From contig OY969801.1 in NCBI GenBank assembly GCA_963703225.1, forward strand, positions 416,001 to 480,000: 64,000 nucleotides of DNA, in the 5' to 3' direction. A program made the translations under genes and the position numbers. The notes under the pieces are model-generated. The model saw only the letters and a list, made by a program, of their open reading frames with translations. It did not search any database and was not told the DNA's origin. Origin of the DNA: Candidatus Eiseniibacteriota bacterium. Its GTDB lineage: Bacteria; Eisenbacteria; RBG-16-71-46; SZUA-252. Positions 1 to 9,328 of this stretch are shown piece after piece; the first letter of the stretch is position 1, and the number at the start of each line of letters is the position of its first letter.

Positions 1-809
1 TTCATCCAGACCGACGCCTCCATCAATTTTGGGAACAGCGGCGGGCCGCTGCTCAACATCCGAGGCGAGGCGATCGGGATCAACACCGCGATCAACCCCT
101 CCGGCGAGGGAATCGGCTTCGCCATTCCGATCAACCTGGCCAAGAACATCGCCAAGCAGCTCATCGCCAGCGGCAAGGTGACGCGCGGCTACCTCGGCAT
201 CATGCCTCAGGAATTGACACCGGAGCTGGCCGAGACCTGGGGCATTCGGAACACCAAGGGGATTCTGGTCGGGCAGCGTCTCCAACGACACGCCCGCCGC
301 GGTCGCCGGATTCAAGGTCAAGGACGTCATCACGGCGTTCGACGGAAAGCAGGTCGACGATGTGCAGCGCTTCCGCCTGCTCGTGGCCGATACGCCGGTG
401 AAGAAGAAGGTGAAGGTGGACATCCTCCGGGCCGGACAGCCGAAGGAGCTGTACGTGACCCTCTCCGAGCGTCCTTCCGACGATGAGATCATCGCGCACG
501 CAGGTGACGCCCGCGTCCTGGCTCGGGATCGGCGTCGAGTCCTTGAGCGGCGATTTCGCCAAGGACAACAACATTCGCGAGAAGGACGGCGTGGTCGTCG
601 TCGAGATCGCGCCCGGGAGCGGCGCGGACGACGCCGGTCTCCAGCGCGGCGACGTGATCAAGGAAGTGAACGACAAGGCCGTCAAGGACGAGTTCGAATA
701 CAATGACGCGATCGAGCAGGCGCGGACGAAGAATCCAAAGAAACCGGTCGTTCTCCTGATCAAGCGGGGCGACACCACGCAGTTCGTCGCGGTGCAGCCC
801 GAGGAGTGA
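1..809 (+). CDS. degP: DegP/HtrA serine protease, 3' part (protease C-terminus plus two PDZ domains); 5' end outside window; indels near 272 and ~500
   Basis: Frame 1 from base 1 reads [19 protein letters not shown]...GIGFAIP...[11 protein letters not shown] motifs continue in ORFs 362..706 and 483..809 ([15 protein letters not shown]). Confidence 0.9.
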
Positions 810-2068
810 TCGCCCGTCTGTTGGATGGCATGACGGAACAATCACCCACGAGGCCCGGATCGGATCCCCCAAAGCGGGGAGCCCGGACGGGCCTCGTTCT
901 ATTGGCTTTCCTGGCCCTGACGCTCCCCGCCGCGGGACCGCCCGCGCGCAAGGCTTCGGCGCCGCCAAAGCCGGCCCGGCCCGCGCCGGAGCTGGCCCGC
1001 ATCCGCTTTTGGACCGCGCCCGAGCACACGCGGCTCGTCTTTGACCTGACGGGGCCGCCCGCGGGACGAGCCGCGATTTCGGGTTCTCCGACTCGCTGAC
1101 GTTCGAGGTCTATCTTCCCATCACGCGGAAGTCGCCGAGCGTCACCACCGAGTTCGTCGGGCGACAGCCTGGTCGCGGACATCTTTCCCGGCCGTTTCCG
1201 ACTCGGGGTGCGCGATCCGGATCCGGCTCAAGCAGGCGACCACGCCGCTCGGCTTCGTGCTCGCCGGCGGCCGACGGGAATCCGGACCGCTTGGTGGTCG
1301 ACGTGCCCGCGCCGCCGAATCCGGAGGCGGAGCAGGCGCTCGCCCAGCACGTGACCGAGCTGAAGCGCTCGAAGAAGCTGATCGTCGCGATCGACGCCGG
1401 GCACGGGGGCGAGGATCCGGGGGCCATCGGTCACCGCCGGCTCCAGGAGGCCGACGTGACCCTCTCGATCGCGAAGCGGCTCAAGGCGCAGCTCGACCTG
1501 ATGCCGGGGATCACCGCCGTCCTGACGCGCACCGGCGATTACTTCATCCCGCTGCGCAAACCGGATCGAGCTCGCGCGGCGCTATCAGGCCGATCTACTG
1601 ATCAGCATCCACTGCAACGCGAGCCGCGATCGCGACGCGACCGGAACGGAGATCTACTTTCTCTCGCTCACCGGGGCCACCGACGAGGCGTCCCGCTCCG
1701 TCGCCGAGGCCGAGAACGCGGCGGACTTGATCGGGGGCGCTCCGGCGCAGTCCGGCGACGACCTTCTTTCGATCCTATTCGACTTGCGGCAGAACGACAC
1801 GATCCGCCGGAGCAGCGAGCTGGCCGAGGTGCTGATCGACGCGGTGGGCGCGGATTCGAGGCTGGTGACCCGGGGCGTCAAGCAGGCGGGGTTCGTGGTC
1901 CTGAAGGCCCCCGAGATTCCCTCGGTCTTGATCGAGACCGCCTTCGTCACCAATCCCCGGGAGGCGGCGATCCTCAAGGACGCCCAGTTCCAGACCAAGT
2001 TCGCCGAGCTGCTCGCCGATGGGATCGAGGCCTATAAGAATCAACACCTTCGGGGCACCTCGAATTGA
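806..2068 (+). CDS. N-acetylmuramoyl-L-alanine amidase (AMIN + Amidase_3), split by several indels
   Basis: IRFWTAPEHTRLVFDL (AMIN), AIDAGHGGEDPGAIG, VLTRTGDYFIPL, GVKQAGFVVLKAPEIPSVLIETAF spread over ORFs 806, 1291 and 1727; GTGA overlap with degP stop. Confidence 0.88.
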
Positions 2069-2148
2069 GTGGACACTCCGCGGCGGGTCCGGGGTATCCT
2101 AATGCGAGCCGGACGGTTCCACGAGGCCACCAGCAAAGGAGAGACAGC

Positions 2149-2631
2149 ATGAAGAACTTCGCAAAGATCGGCGCACTTTCGCTTCTCGCGCTCTGCGTGG
2201 CCACGACGTCGTGGGCCGGGGGCTCGAGCTGCTCCTCGGAGGGGGCCAAGTCGGCCTCGGCCGGTTCTCACTGCAGCGGTGTCAAGTCGTCGAATGCCGC
2301 CCACGAGGCGTGCGGCGTCAAGGCCAACCAGGTGATGTACAGCTTCGCCGTCCCGTCGGTGGAGTGCCAGAGCTGCATCGATGCGATCCAGAAGGCCGCC
2401 ATGGCCAAGAACGGCATCGCGTGCGCGCACGTCGATCTTGCCACCCACACCGCCTATATCATCGCGGACAAGAAGCTCAGCCAGAAGGACGTCTCGAAGC
2501 TGATCGCGGACGCGGGCTACAAGAACAAGTTCACGGGGCAGGGCGACAAGGTCCAGGCGGCTTTCGCGAAGGCGATCGCGTCGGGCGATAAGGGTGTCTC
2601 CTGCTGCGCCAAGAATAAGGACAAGGCCTAG
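2149..2631 (+). CDS. Exported heavy-metal-associated (HMA) domain protein, Cys-rich
   Basis: AGGAGA SD then ATG 2149; signal peptide MKNFAKIGALSLLALCVATTSWA; VPSVECQSCIDAI HMA-like CxxC; LIADAGY motif. Confidence 0.75.
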   Translation: MKNFAKIGALSLLALCVATTSWAGGSSCSSEGAKSASAGSHCSGVKSSNAAHEACGVKANQVMYSFAVPSVECQSCIDAIQKAAMAKNGIACAHVDLATHTAYIIADKKLSQKDVSKLIADAGYKNKFTGQGDKVQAAFAKAIASGDKGVSCCAKNKDKA

Positions 2632-2677
2632 ACCCAGGCATAATCGCGCGCCGCGTCAAGCGGAGCGAGGAGTTCGG

Positions 2678-2706
2678 CGGGCCTCCCGGGTTGACCGGGG
2701 GGCCCG
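2678..2706. terminator. GC-rich hairpin between convergent HMA gene and nagZ
   Basis: cgggcctcccgg-gttga-ccggggggcccg inverted repeat. Confidence 0.6.
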
Positions 2707-2708
2707 GT

Positions 2709-4225
2709 TCATTTGGTGGAGTATTTGGAGGCGACCGCGCCCGAGAGGCCAAGACGCTTCGCGAGCGCGCGCCGCGTGGCCACGGTGTTGTCAAACGTGA
2801 CGAGGAGTGTGCGGGCTTCGCTCCAGCCGTCGGTCACGTGCGGATTCAGCGACGCCACCGTCACCGTCTCGGGATAGCGCCGGAGCCATTCCCTCGCGAT
2901 CGCCTCGTGCTCGGCGCTCAGCGCGCTCCGGGCCGCGACCGTCAGCAGCGAGCTTCCCTCGATCCGCCGGGGCCACAGTGCGGGATCGGGCCCCCATTCC
3001 CGCGCGGTCACGCCGTGCGCGCGAAGCAGGTCGGCGATTGGAGCGCGCGACTCGGGCCGGTTCACCTCGAGAACGTCGATGGGCGGGCGGAGCGGAACGC
3101 CGCCGGCGCCCTGGCGGAGCACGCGGAGCGCGCCCTCGGCGATGCGCTCCAGCTCGTCGCCGGGGATCAGGTCCCGCGCTTCCCGTTCGAGCACCAGGCT
3201 CCACTCCCGCGGCCACGCCGCGCTGCCTTCGCGGAGCCTTCGCACGCGGGCGAGCGATGTGGCGATCCGCGCCGGCGTGAGGCGGCCGGACCGGAGGGCC
3301 TCGCGCAGCGCTTGCAAGGCTTCGTCGGGCCCCGGCGCGAGCTTGGAGTAGAGCAGCAGATCGCATCCCGCTTCGATCGCCTGCACCGCGACCTCGCCGA
3401 AGGAACCTCGCGACGTGACGGCCGCCATCTCCAGCGCATCGGTGACCACCACCCCCGTGAATCCCATCTTCTCCCGAAGGAGGCCGGTGACGATCGGGAT
3501 AGGAGAGGGTCGCGGGGCGATCCGGCTCAGGGTCGAGGGCGGGCACAACCAGGTGGCCGATCATGACGACCGGCGCGCCCCCGTTGATGGTGGCCTCGAA
3601 GGGGCGAAGCTCCCGGAGCGCGAGGGTCGCGCCCGGCGCGTCGATGCGCGGCAGATCGATGTGTGAGTCGACCGCCGTGTCGCCGTGCCCCGGGAAGTGC
3701 TTGATGACCGGTATCACTCCCGCCGCCTGTGTCCCCTGCATCGCGGCCAGTCCGCACGCCGTCACCTGCGACGCCGTCGCGCCAAAGGAGCGAATTCCAA
3801 TCACGGGGTTGGCGATGTTGGAGTGGATGTCGAGGACGGGAGCGAAATTCAGATTCACGCCGAGTGCGAGAAGCCGGCGCGCGGTCCGCTGCGCGAGATC
3901 CTTGACCAGCGGCGGTCCCCCCGAGGCGGCGACCGCGCGCGCGCTGGGCGGAACCTCCCAGAACCCCGAAAGTTGGGAGACCATCCCGCCCTCCTCGTCG
4001 ACGCAGACGAGCGCCGGAAGGTCGCGCGAGCCGAGCCGCGCCTGTACCTCGCGCGTGAACGCGCGCGGCCGCGGCAGCGGAAGGGAAGTTGGGGGCGAAG
4101 AAGATCACGCCCGCCGGCGTGATTCGTCTCAGGTCCGCCGCGACCTCCGCGGTCAACTCGGTGCCCGGCAGTCCCACGATCATGAGCTCGCCAATCCGCG
4201 ATTCGATGTCGGATTCGATCGTCAC
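2709..4225 (-). CDS. nagZ: GH3 beta-N-acetylhexosaminidase, split by indels
   Basis: IGELMIVG, NFAPVLDI, IGIRSFG, KHFPGHGDTAVDSH catalytic motif, GFTGVVVTDALEM, AIEAGCDLLL across ORFs 3527, 2791 and 2709. Confidence 0.9.
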
Positions 4226-5148
4226 TTGACCTCGGCCTCCTCGAGCAGCCTTCGGTATCGGGCGTAGACCTGGCTTGGAACGGCGCCAGACTCAAGCCCG
4301 GCGAGCACGGAGCACCCCGGCTCCGTACGGTGCGTGCACGTCCGGAATTGGCACGGGGGCGACTCCGCGATTTCCGCAAAGACCGCGGCGACCTCGGCGA
4401 CCTCGGTTTGTCCGAGGAGAACGCTCCGGACGCCCGGCGTATCGATCAAGATTCCTCCCTCTGGAAGCGGGTAGAGGCGCCCGCTCGTCGTCGTGTGGCG
4501 GCCCTTCCGATTCTTGGCGCTGACCTCGCCCGTGGCGGCGTCGGCGTTGGGGATCAGTTGACGCAGGAGCGACGACTTCCCGACCCCCGAATGTCCCACC
4601 AGCACCGACGTCGTATCAGCCACAAGCTCCCGCAGCCGATCGATCCCCGATCCACTCGCGGCGCTCACGGTCACCGCCTCGAGCGGGATCGCCGCCTCCG
4701 CGATCGCCCGCTCCGCCTCTTCGTGCGTGCCGAGGTCGACCTTGTTCAAACAGAGCACCGGCGTGATCCCGCCACGGCGTGCGAGCAGTCCCCATCGATC
4801 GACCAATCCCGGGCGAAAGGGGGGCTCCGCGAGCGAGGAGACGATCACAACCTGGGTCGCGTTTGCGGCGATGATCTGCGTGCGCCCACGCGAATCGCTG
4901 GTGGCGCGCTCGAGGAAGGTGCGTCGCGGCGCGACCGCGGTGACCCGCAGCGCGCCCGAGTCGCCCCGCTCGACCTCGACCTCGTCCCCGACCGCGAGCG
5001 GGTTGGAGTGGTAGCCCCCCGCGCCCGTCTTGAGTTGGCGCGCCAGGACCGCCTCCTGGATCCCGTGTCCGTCCCAGAGTTCCACGTTGGCGCCGTAGAC
5101 CTGGGCGACGATCCAAACCGATGGCGATGTGGGCGATTGATCGACGAT
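4222..5148 (-). CDS. rsgA: Ribosome small subunit-dependent GTPase A; start uncertain (frame open to ATC at 5148, first canonical start GTG 5085)
   Basis: AVGDEV, NKVDL, GHSGVGKSSL, GRHTTT, IDTPG, CQFRTCTHRTEPGC zinc finger. Confidence 0.93.
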   Translation of the reverse strand: MVDQSPTSPSVWIVAQVYGANVELWDGHGIQEAVLARQLKTGAGGYHSNPLAVGDEVEVERGDSGALRVTAVAPRRTFLERATSDSRGRTQIIAANATQVVIVSSLAEPPFRPGLVDRWGLLARRGGITPVLCLNKVDLGTHEEAERAIAEAAIPLEAVTVSAASGSGIDRLRELVADTTSVLVGHSGVGKSSLLRQLIPNADAATGEVSAKNRKGRHTTTSGRLYPLPEGGILIDTPGVRSVLLGQTEVAEVAAVFAEIAESPPCQFRTCTHRTEPGCSVLAGLESGAVPSQVYARYRRLLEEAEVK

Positions 5149-5154
5149 GGATCG

Positions 5155-5183
5155 AGTCTAGTCGAGGCGGGAGGCAGCCACAA
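5155..5183 (-). promoter_or_regulatory. sigma70-type promoter for rsgA-nagZ
   Basis: Minus strand TTGTGG-N17-TAGACT. Confidence 0.55.
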
Positions 5184-5230
5184 GCCGGTTCGACCGTTCT
5201 GGCCTCAATGGGGCGCCCGTCCCCGCCCTG

Positions 5231-5259
5231 TTGCCGCGGGGGCCGGAGACGTTTAGACT
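5231..5259 (+). promoter_or_regulatory. sigma70-type promoter for the TPR gene
   Basis: TTGCCG-N17-TAGACT, 9 nt before ATG 5269. Confidence 0.55.
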
Positions 5260-5268
5260 GCGGGACCG

Positions 5269-6054
5269 ATGCCACCCAACACCAATACCTTCCCATGTCC
5301 CCGATGCGGGGAGTCCCTGCCGGCTGGACTCACGCGGTGCGACGCGTGCGGGGCGTATCTGGTCAGCGCGCCTGGAGGCGCGCCTGTCGCGAAATCGGTC
5401 GCCCCGAAAATCGCCCCGAAGGGCACCCCGCGCAACGCGGGGCTCTTCCTCGTGGTGGGGCTCCTCTGCGGGGGCGCGATCGGCTTCGCGCTCCGCGGCG
5501 CCGTCGGGCCGCGCGGGGAGGGCGGGATGCCGACGGGCCCGGCGGACATCATGCGCGGCGCGGGCGGCGCGGCTGGTGGCGGCGGAGAGGCGATGGGCGG
5601 GGGCGATCCCGGTCAGTCGCCGCCGCAGATGCCCCCTCAAGTGGCCGCGATGGTCCAGCAGTACCGGCAGGCTCTGGCGCGGGACCCCAACGACATCGAG
5701 GCAAACATCGGCTTCGGCAACTTGCTCTTCGATTCAGGACAGTGGCCGAAGGCGGTGGAGCACTACCAGCGCGCGCTGACAAAGGTCCCCGGAAACGCGG
5801 ATGTCCGCGTGGATATGGCGGTCGCGCTTCACAACATGAACCGGAACGAAGAGGCATTGCGTGAATTGGAGCGTGTGACGCGCGAGCAACCGACGCACCT
5901 GAACGCCTGGCTCAACCTCGGGGTGATCTCCAGCACCCTCGGGGATCGACCGCGCGCGGTCCACGCGTGGGAGCAATATCTCAAGCTCGATCCCAACGGC
6001 CAGCACGCCGCGGCCGTTCGCGCGCAGATCGAGGAGCTGAAGAAGGGGAGTTGA
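5269..6054 (+). CDS. Zinc-ribbon / single TM / TPR protein
   Basis: CPRC-x10-CDAC, hydrophobic GLFLVVGLLCGGAIGFAL, Gly/Met/Pro linker, TPR repeats (YRQALARDPND, YQRALTKVPGN, WEQYLKLDPNG). Confidence 0.8.
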   Translation: MPPNTNTFPCPRCGESLPAGLTRCDACGAYLVSAPGGAPVAKSVAPKIAPKGTPRNAGLFLVVGLLCGGAIGFALRGAVGPRGEGGMPTGPADIMRGAGGAAGGGGEAMGGGDPGQSPPQMPPQVAAMVQQYRQALARDPNDIEANIGFGNLLFDSGQWPKAVEHYQRALTKVPGNADVRVDMAVALHNMNRNEEALRELERVTREQPTHLNAWLNLGVISSTLGDRPRAVHAWEQYLKLDPNGQHAAAVRAQIEELKKGS

Positions 6055-6098
6055 TGGCGCGGGCGTGATCGGTTCCGGCCGGCGCGCGTTCAACGAAA

Positions 6099-6126
6099 CG
6101 AGGCGGCACCTCTCGGTGCCGCCTCG
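6099..6126. terminator. Hairpin terminator between convergent TPR and csp genes
   Basis: cgaggcggcacc-tctc-ggtgccgcctcg perfect stem with flanking A/T runs. Confidence 0.75.
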
Positions 6127-6159
6127 CACGTTTCTACGAGTTCTTTCCGTCCGGGTCGG

Positions 6160-6360
6160 TTACGCCTTGCGGACGTTTGCCGCCTGGAGGCCCTTCGGCC
6201 CCTTCACAATCTCGAACTCCAGGCGCTCCCCCTCGGCCAGGGTCTTGAAGCCCTCGCCGGAAATTGCTGAGTAGTGAACGAACACGTCCTCGCCGCCCTC
6301 TTGCTGGATGAATCCGAAACCCTTCGCCTCGTTAAACCACTTCACGGTTCCTACTGGCAC
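6160..6360 (-). CDS. Cold-shock protein (CspA family)
   Basis: GTG 6360 after [21 protein letters not shown]...[12 protein letters not shown] motifs. Confidence 0.96.
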   Translation of the reverse strand: MPVGTVKWFNEAKGFGFIQQEGGEDVFVHYSAISGEGFKTLAEGERLEFEIVKGPKGLQAANVRKA

Positions 6361-6633
6361 TCTTTGCTCCTTACGAACTGGGCCGCTTAGGCCCCACTCG
6401 CCGCCCTCTCGGATCGGCCAACCCGGCCACACTGGACGGGCCCCCGGGCAGATGAGCCACCCGGATACAAAAATAACCGCTGATGACTGCTCCAGCGGCA
6501 ATGTCTCGCATATCTGCGCTACCAACGACCGTCATGGAACTGCCTGCGGATAGTGTAGGGCTATCCGGCGGCACATGGGAAGGGTTCTTTTTGGCCCACC
6601 CGCGACCGCCCTCGCCCCCCCTGGCTCGGGATC

Positions 6634-6662
6634 TTGACATCCCACGGCTCCGCCCGCAAGTT
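6634..6662 (+). promoter_or_regulatory. sigma70-type promoter for the ampG-like gene
   Basis: TTGACA-N17-CAAGTT, 8 nt before ATG 6671, no SD. Confidence 0.5.
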
Positions 6663-6670
6663 CGCCGGCC

Positions 6671-8026
6671 ATGCGGCTTCCCGATCTCCTCGCGTCCCGC
6701 CGCGGGCGCCTGGCAGCCTTCTTCCTGCTCTATCTCACCGAGGGACTCCCCTCGGGATTCACGGGGACCGCCGTCGCGACCCAGATGCGCCGGCAGGGGC
6801 TGGAGCCCGCGGTCATTGGTTCGTTCGTCGGGCTTCTCTACATCCCATGGGCGGTGAAGTGGGCGTTCGGCCCCTTCGTGGACGTGCTCTCGAGCGACCG
6901 GTGGGGAAGGAGGCGCCTATGGATCCTCCTGACCCAGACGATGATGGCGGTGACGATCCTCGCCGCGATGCTGGTGAGCTTCAAGAGTCAGCTCTGGCTC
7001 TTCACCGCGATCATCCTGGCCCACAACGTATTCAGCGCCACCCAGGACGTGGCGATCGACGCCCTCGCGGTGGACGTGCTATCCGCCGACGAGCGCGGCC
7101 TCGCGAATGGGCTCATGTTCGGCGGGAACTTCATCGGTATCGCACTCGGTGGGTCGGGGGTGCTCATGTTGACGCCGCTCCTCGGTTTCAAGTCGACGTT
7201 TCTGATCGTCGCCGGGGCGATCGCGTTGGTCACGCTCCTGGTGCCGGTACCGATGCACGAGCCGGCAGGACCTGCACGGGAGAAAGTCGTTGGCTCTCGA
7301 ATCGCCGCCGCGGGGAAGAAGATCGGCGGCTTTCTTCGCGATACGGGGCGCGCCTTCGTGGGAAGCCGGGCCGCGTTCGTCGCCATTTTCCTGGCGCTCT
7401 TGCCGTTTGGCGGGTACGCCCTCTCGCTCTCCCTGCAGTCGAACCTGGCGGTCGAGCTGGGCCTCGACGACCGGCATATCGGCATCCTCGGGCTAGCAAG
7501 CTCGGCGCTTTCCGCCGGGTTCTGCATCTTCGGCGGCTGGCTCTCCGATCGGTTCGGACGGCGCCGCACGCTGGCGCTCTTCATCTTCGGCACCACGCTC
7601 CCGACCTTTGCCATGGCGCTTCTGATGCAGCACTTCGCCTGGATCATGCCGGTCAATCCACTGTCCTTCCATCGCCCCGCCGTGCCCACGGATCTCGTGG
7701 CGTACTTCTGGGCGATGACGCTGATCTACTCCGTGTTCTCGGGACTGATGTACGGGGTGGGCACCGCGATCTTCATGGACGTCACGACGCCCCGCGTCGC
7801 GGCGACGCAGTTCACGGCCTACATGGCCTTGAACAATCTCGTCTACTCGTATTCTTCCGCGTGGCAGGGGCAGAGCTTGCAGCGCTGGGGCTATCCGATA
7901 ACTCTCACGCTGGACGGGGCTTTCGGTCTGGTCTGTCTCCTCTGTCTCCCGTTCATGGGGCCGAAGCGCCACGCGGAGCCCCCACCGCCGGGCGCCACGA
8001 TTCCCGAGCGGGAGCCAATCAGGTAA
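6671..8026 (+). CDS. MFS transporter, AmpG/PAT family
   Basis: LYLTEGLPSG, PWAVKWAFGPFVD, SATQDVAIDALAV, ATQFTAYMA motifs; about 12 TM segments. Confidence 0.85.
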   Translation: MRLPDLLASRRGRLAAFFLLYLTEGLPSGFTGTAVATQMRRQGLEPAVIGSFVGLLYIPWAVKWAFGPFVDVLSSDRWGRRRLWILLTQTMMAVTILAAMLVSFKSQLWLFTAIILAHNVFSATQDVAIDALAVDVLSADERGLANGLMFGGNFIGIALGGSGVLMLTPLLGFKSTFLIVAGAIALVTLLVPVPMHEPAGPAREKVVGSRIAAAGKKIGGFLRDTGRAFVGSRAAFVAIFLALLPFGGYALSLSLQSNLAVELGLDDRHIGILGLASSALSAGFCIFGGWLSDRFGRRRTLALFIFGTTLPTFAMALLMQHFAWIMPVNPLSFHRPAVPTDLVAYFWAMTLIYSVFSGLMYGVGTAIFMDVTTPRVAATQFTAYMALNNLVYSYSSAWQGQSLQRWGYPITLTLDGAFGLVCLLCLPFMGPKRHAEPPPPGATIPEREPIR

Positions 8027-8189
8027 GTCCCGGCCTCGGCACCCACATCCAGGCAGCCAGCGGGTCCTGCTGCCGCCGGGGCGATCTATTTTGGAACGAC
8101 CCGCGCCCAATATTCACTCGATTCGGAGGGGCGGATTTACGTCAAGACCGGTTCGAACGCCATTACTTGCTTTCGATTCGAGTGACACC

Positions 8190-8312
8190 GGGTGGCGCGT
8201 GTGCCACTCGTCGAAATGTCGATCGAGTAGCCGCGGGGATCCGCACCGATCCGCAGGTGTCCGTGCCGGCTCCATCGGTACCAGCCGGGCCGCGACCGCG
8301 ACGGCGCTCCCG
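8190..8312 (-). pseudogene. Collapsed remnant of an amidase-signature gene (three fused fragments)
   Basis: 8231-8312 matches 21506-21588, 8207-8231 matches 21057-21081, 8190-8210 matches 20659-20679; encodes GSAVAVAA..GTDTCGSVRIPA / LLDRHFD / EWHTRHP. Confidence 0.85.
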
Positions 8313-8323
8313 GCCCCGTTCGC

Positions 8324-9118
8324 TCAGGGAATCCGCATCGTCACGCCCGGCCGCACGAGCCACGCCTGATTGTTGTCGTAGCTAAGCCCGAGGGAGAGGA
8401 GAAAACTTGGAGCCGGGCGAAATCCCATCCCGAGCGTGCCAACAAGTTCACCGCCGGCCGCCTCAGCGATGACCGCATTCGTCGCCGACGGGCTGTCTCC
8501 AGCCTCAGGCGAAGAGGACGTGTTGCCCAGAACTTCCCCATAGAGCTCGACGCGCTCGCTGAGGAAGTATTCGCTCGCCAACGCTCCGCTCACAATGTTG
8601 TTCAGATTCGTGCCCGGGGGGTTCCCGAGGATGGTGTACCCCAAGTTTGCGTGCGCATCGATCCGGCCGATCCTCTTGCTTCCGATCAGATACCCGGTGT
8701 AATCGGTCTGGTCGGTACCGATCAGCAGGCTCTCGCTCGTCGGAAACTTGATCTCGAAGGCCACGGCGATGGCTGGCATCCCGCCCCGTTCACCTCGCAC
8801 CAAAGCTAACGCGGTCGCCTCCAGGTCGCCCGCGCCGGTCGTGTGTGGCCCCGTATTAGGACGGATGGCGGTGTACGCGACGGGCTCCACCAGGAGGGAG
8901 AGGCCGTCGCTGACCCCCCACTCCGCCGCGAGGGGCAAGGCACGCTCCGTGCCTTCGCGGGACGTCTGGAATTCGTATGCGGTGTCGAGCTCGTAGGTTC
9001 CGGCGCGCAAAAACCGCGCCGTCTCCGTCTCCAAGATCTGGGCGCCCGCTGGAAGCGCCGGCACGCCCCAGAGAGCGATCGAAAGCAGCAACGCGACGCT
9101 CATTATCGGCACCCTCAC
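8324..9118 (-). CDS. Outer-membrane beta-barrel, transporter/MetA-pathway-like family
   Basis: GAGGAGGAG SD; signal peptide; GAGDLE, EIKFPT..LIGTDQTDY, HANLGYT; amphipathic strands. Confidence 0.7.
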   Translation of the reverse strand: MRVPIMSVALLLSIALWGVPALPAGAQILETETARFLRAGTYELDTAYEFQTSREGTERALPLAAEWGVSDGLSLLVEPVAYTAIRPNTGPHTTGAGDLEATALALVRGERGGMPAIAVAFEIKFPTSESLLIGTDQTDYTGYLIGSKRIGRIDAHANLGYTILGNPPGTNLNNIVSGALASEYFLSERVELYGEVLGNTSSSPEAGDSPSATNAVIAEAAGGELVGTLGMGFRPAPSFLLSLGLSYDNNQAWLVRPGVTMRIP

Positions 9119-9328
9119 GGTCTCCTCCTCAGTCTTGTCGATGGGCTACCCACGAACCTCACCGCTCTGGGCCAGCGCGCAGAGTCTTACACCCAGTTCT
9201 CCTCGACGCCACCTTCTCACTCGCTCTTGTTCAGGTCTCGTTCGGGCCACGGTCCGAATCTCCGGGCCGGGCCAAGGAACCAAAGCGCGGCTCGGCTGTG
9301 TTACGCCCTTGGGAGGAAGCGTGCTGTG

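Noticed and set aside
1..4225. Multiple frameshifts in degP, amidase and nagZ as programmed frameshifting or pseudogenisation
   Set aside because: Single-base indels with no slippery heptamers and otherwise intact conserved motifs; typical of long-read consensus error.
8231..8312. DGR template/variable repeat pair with 21506-21588
   Set aside because: Mismatches are not confined to adenines and there is no reverse transcriptase in the window.
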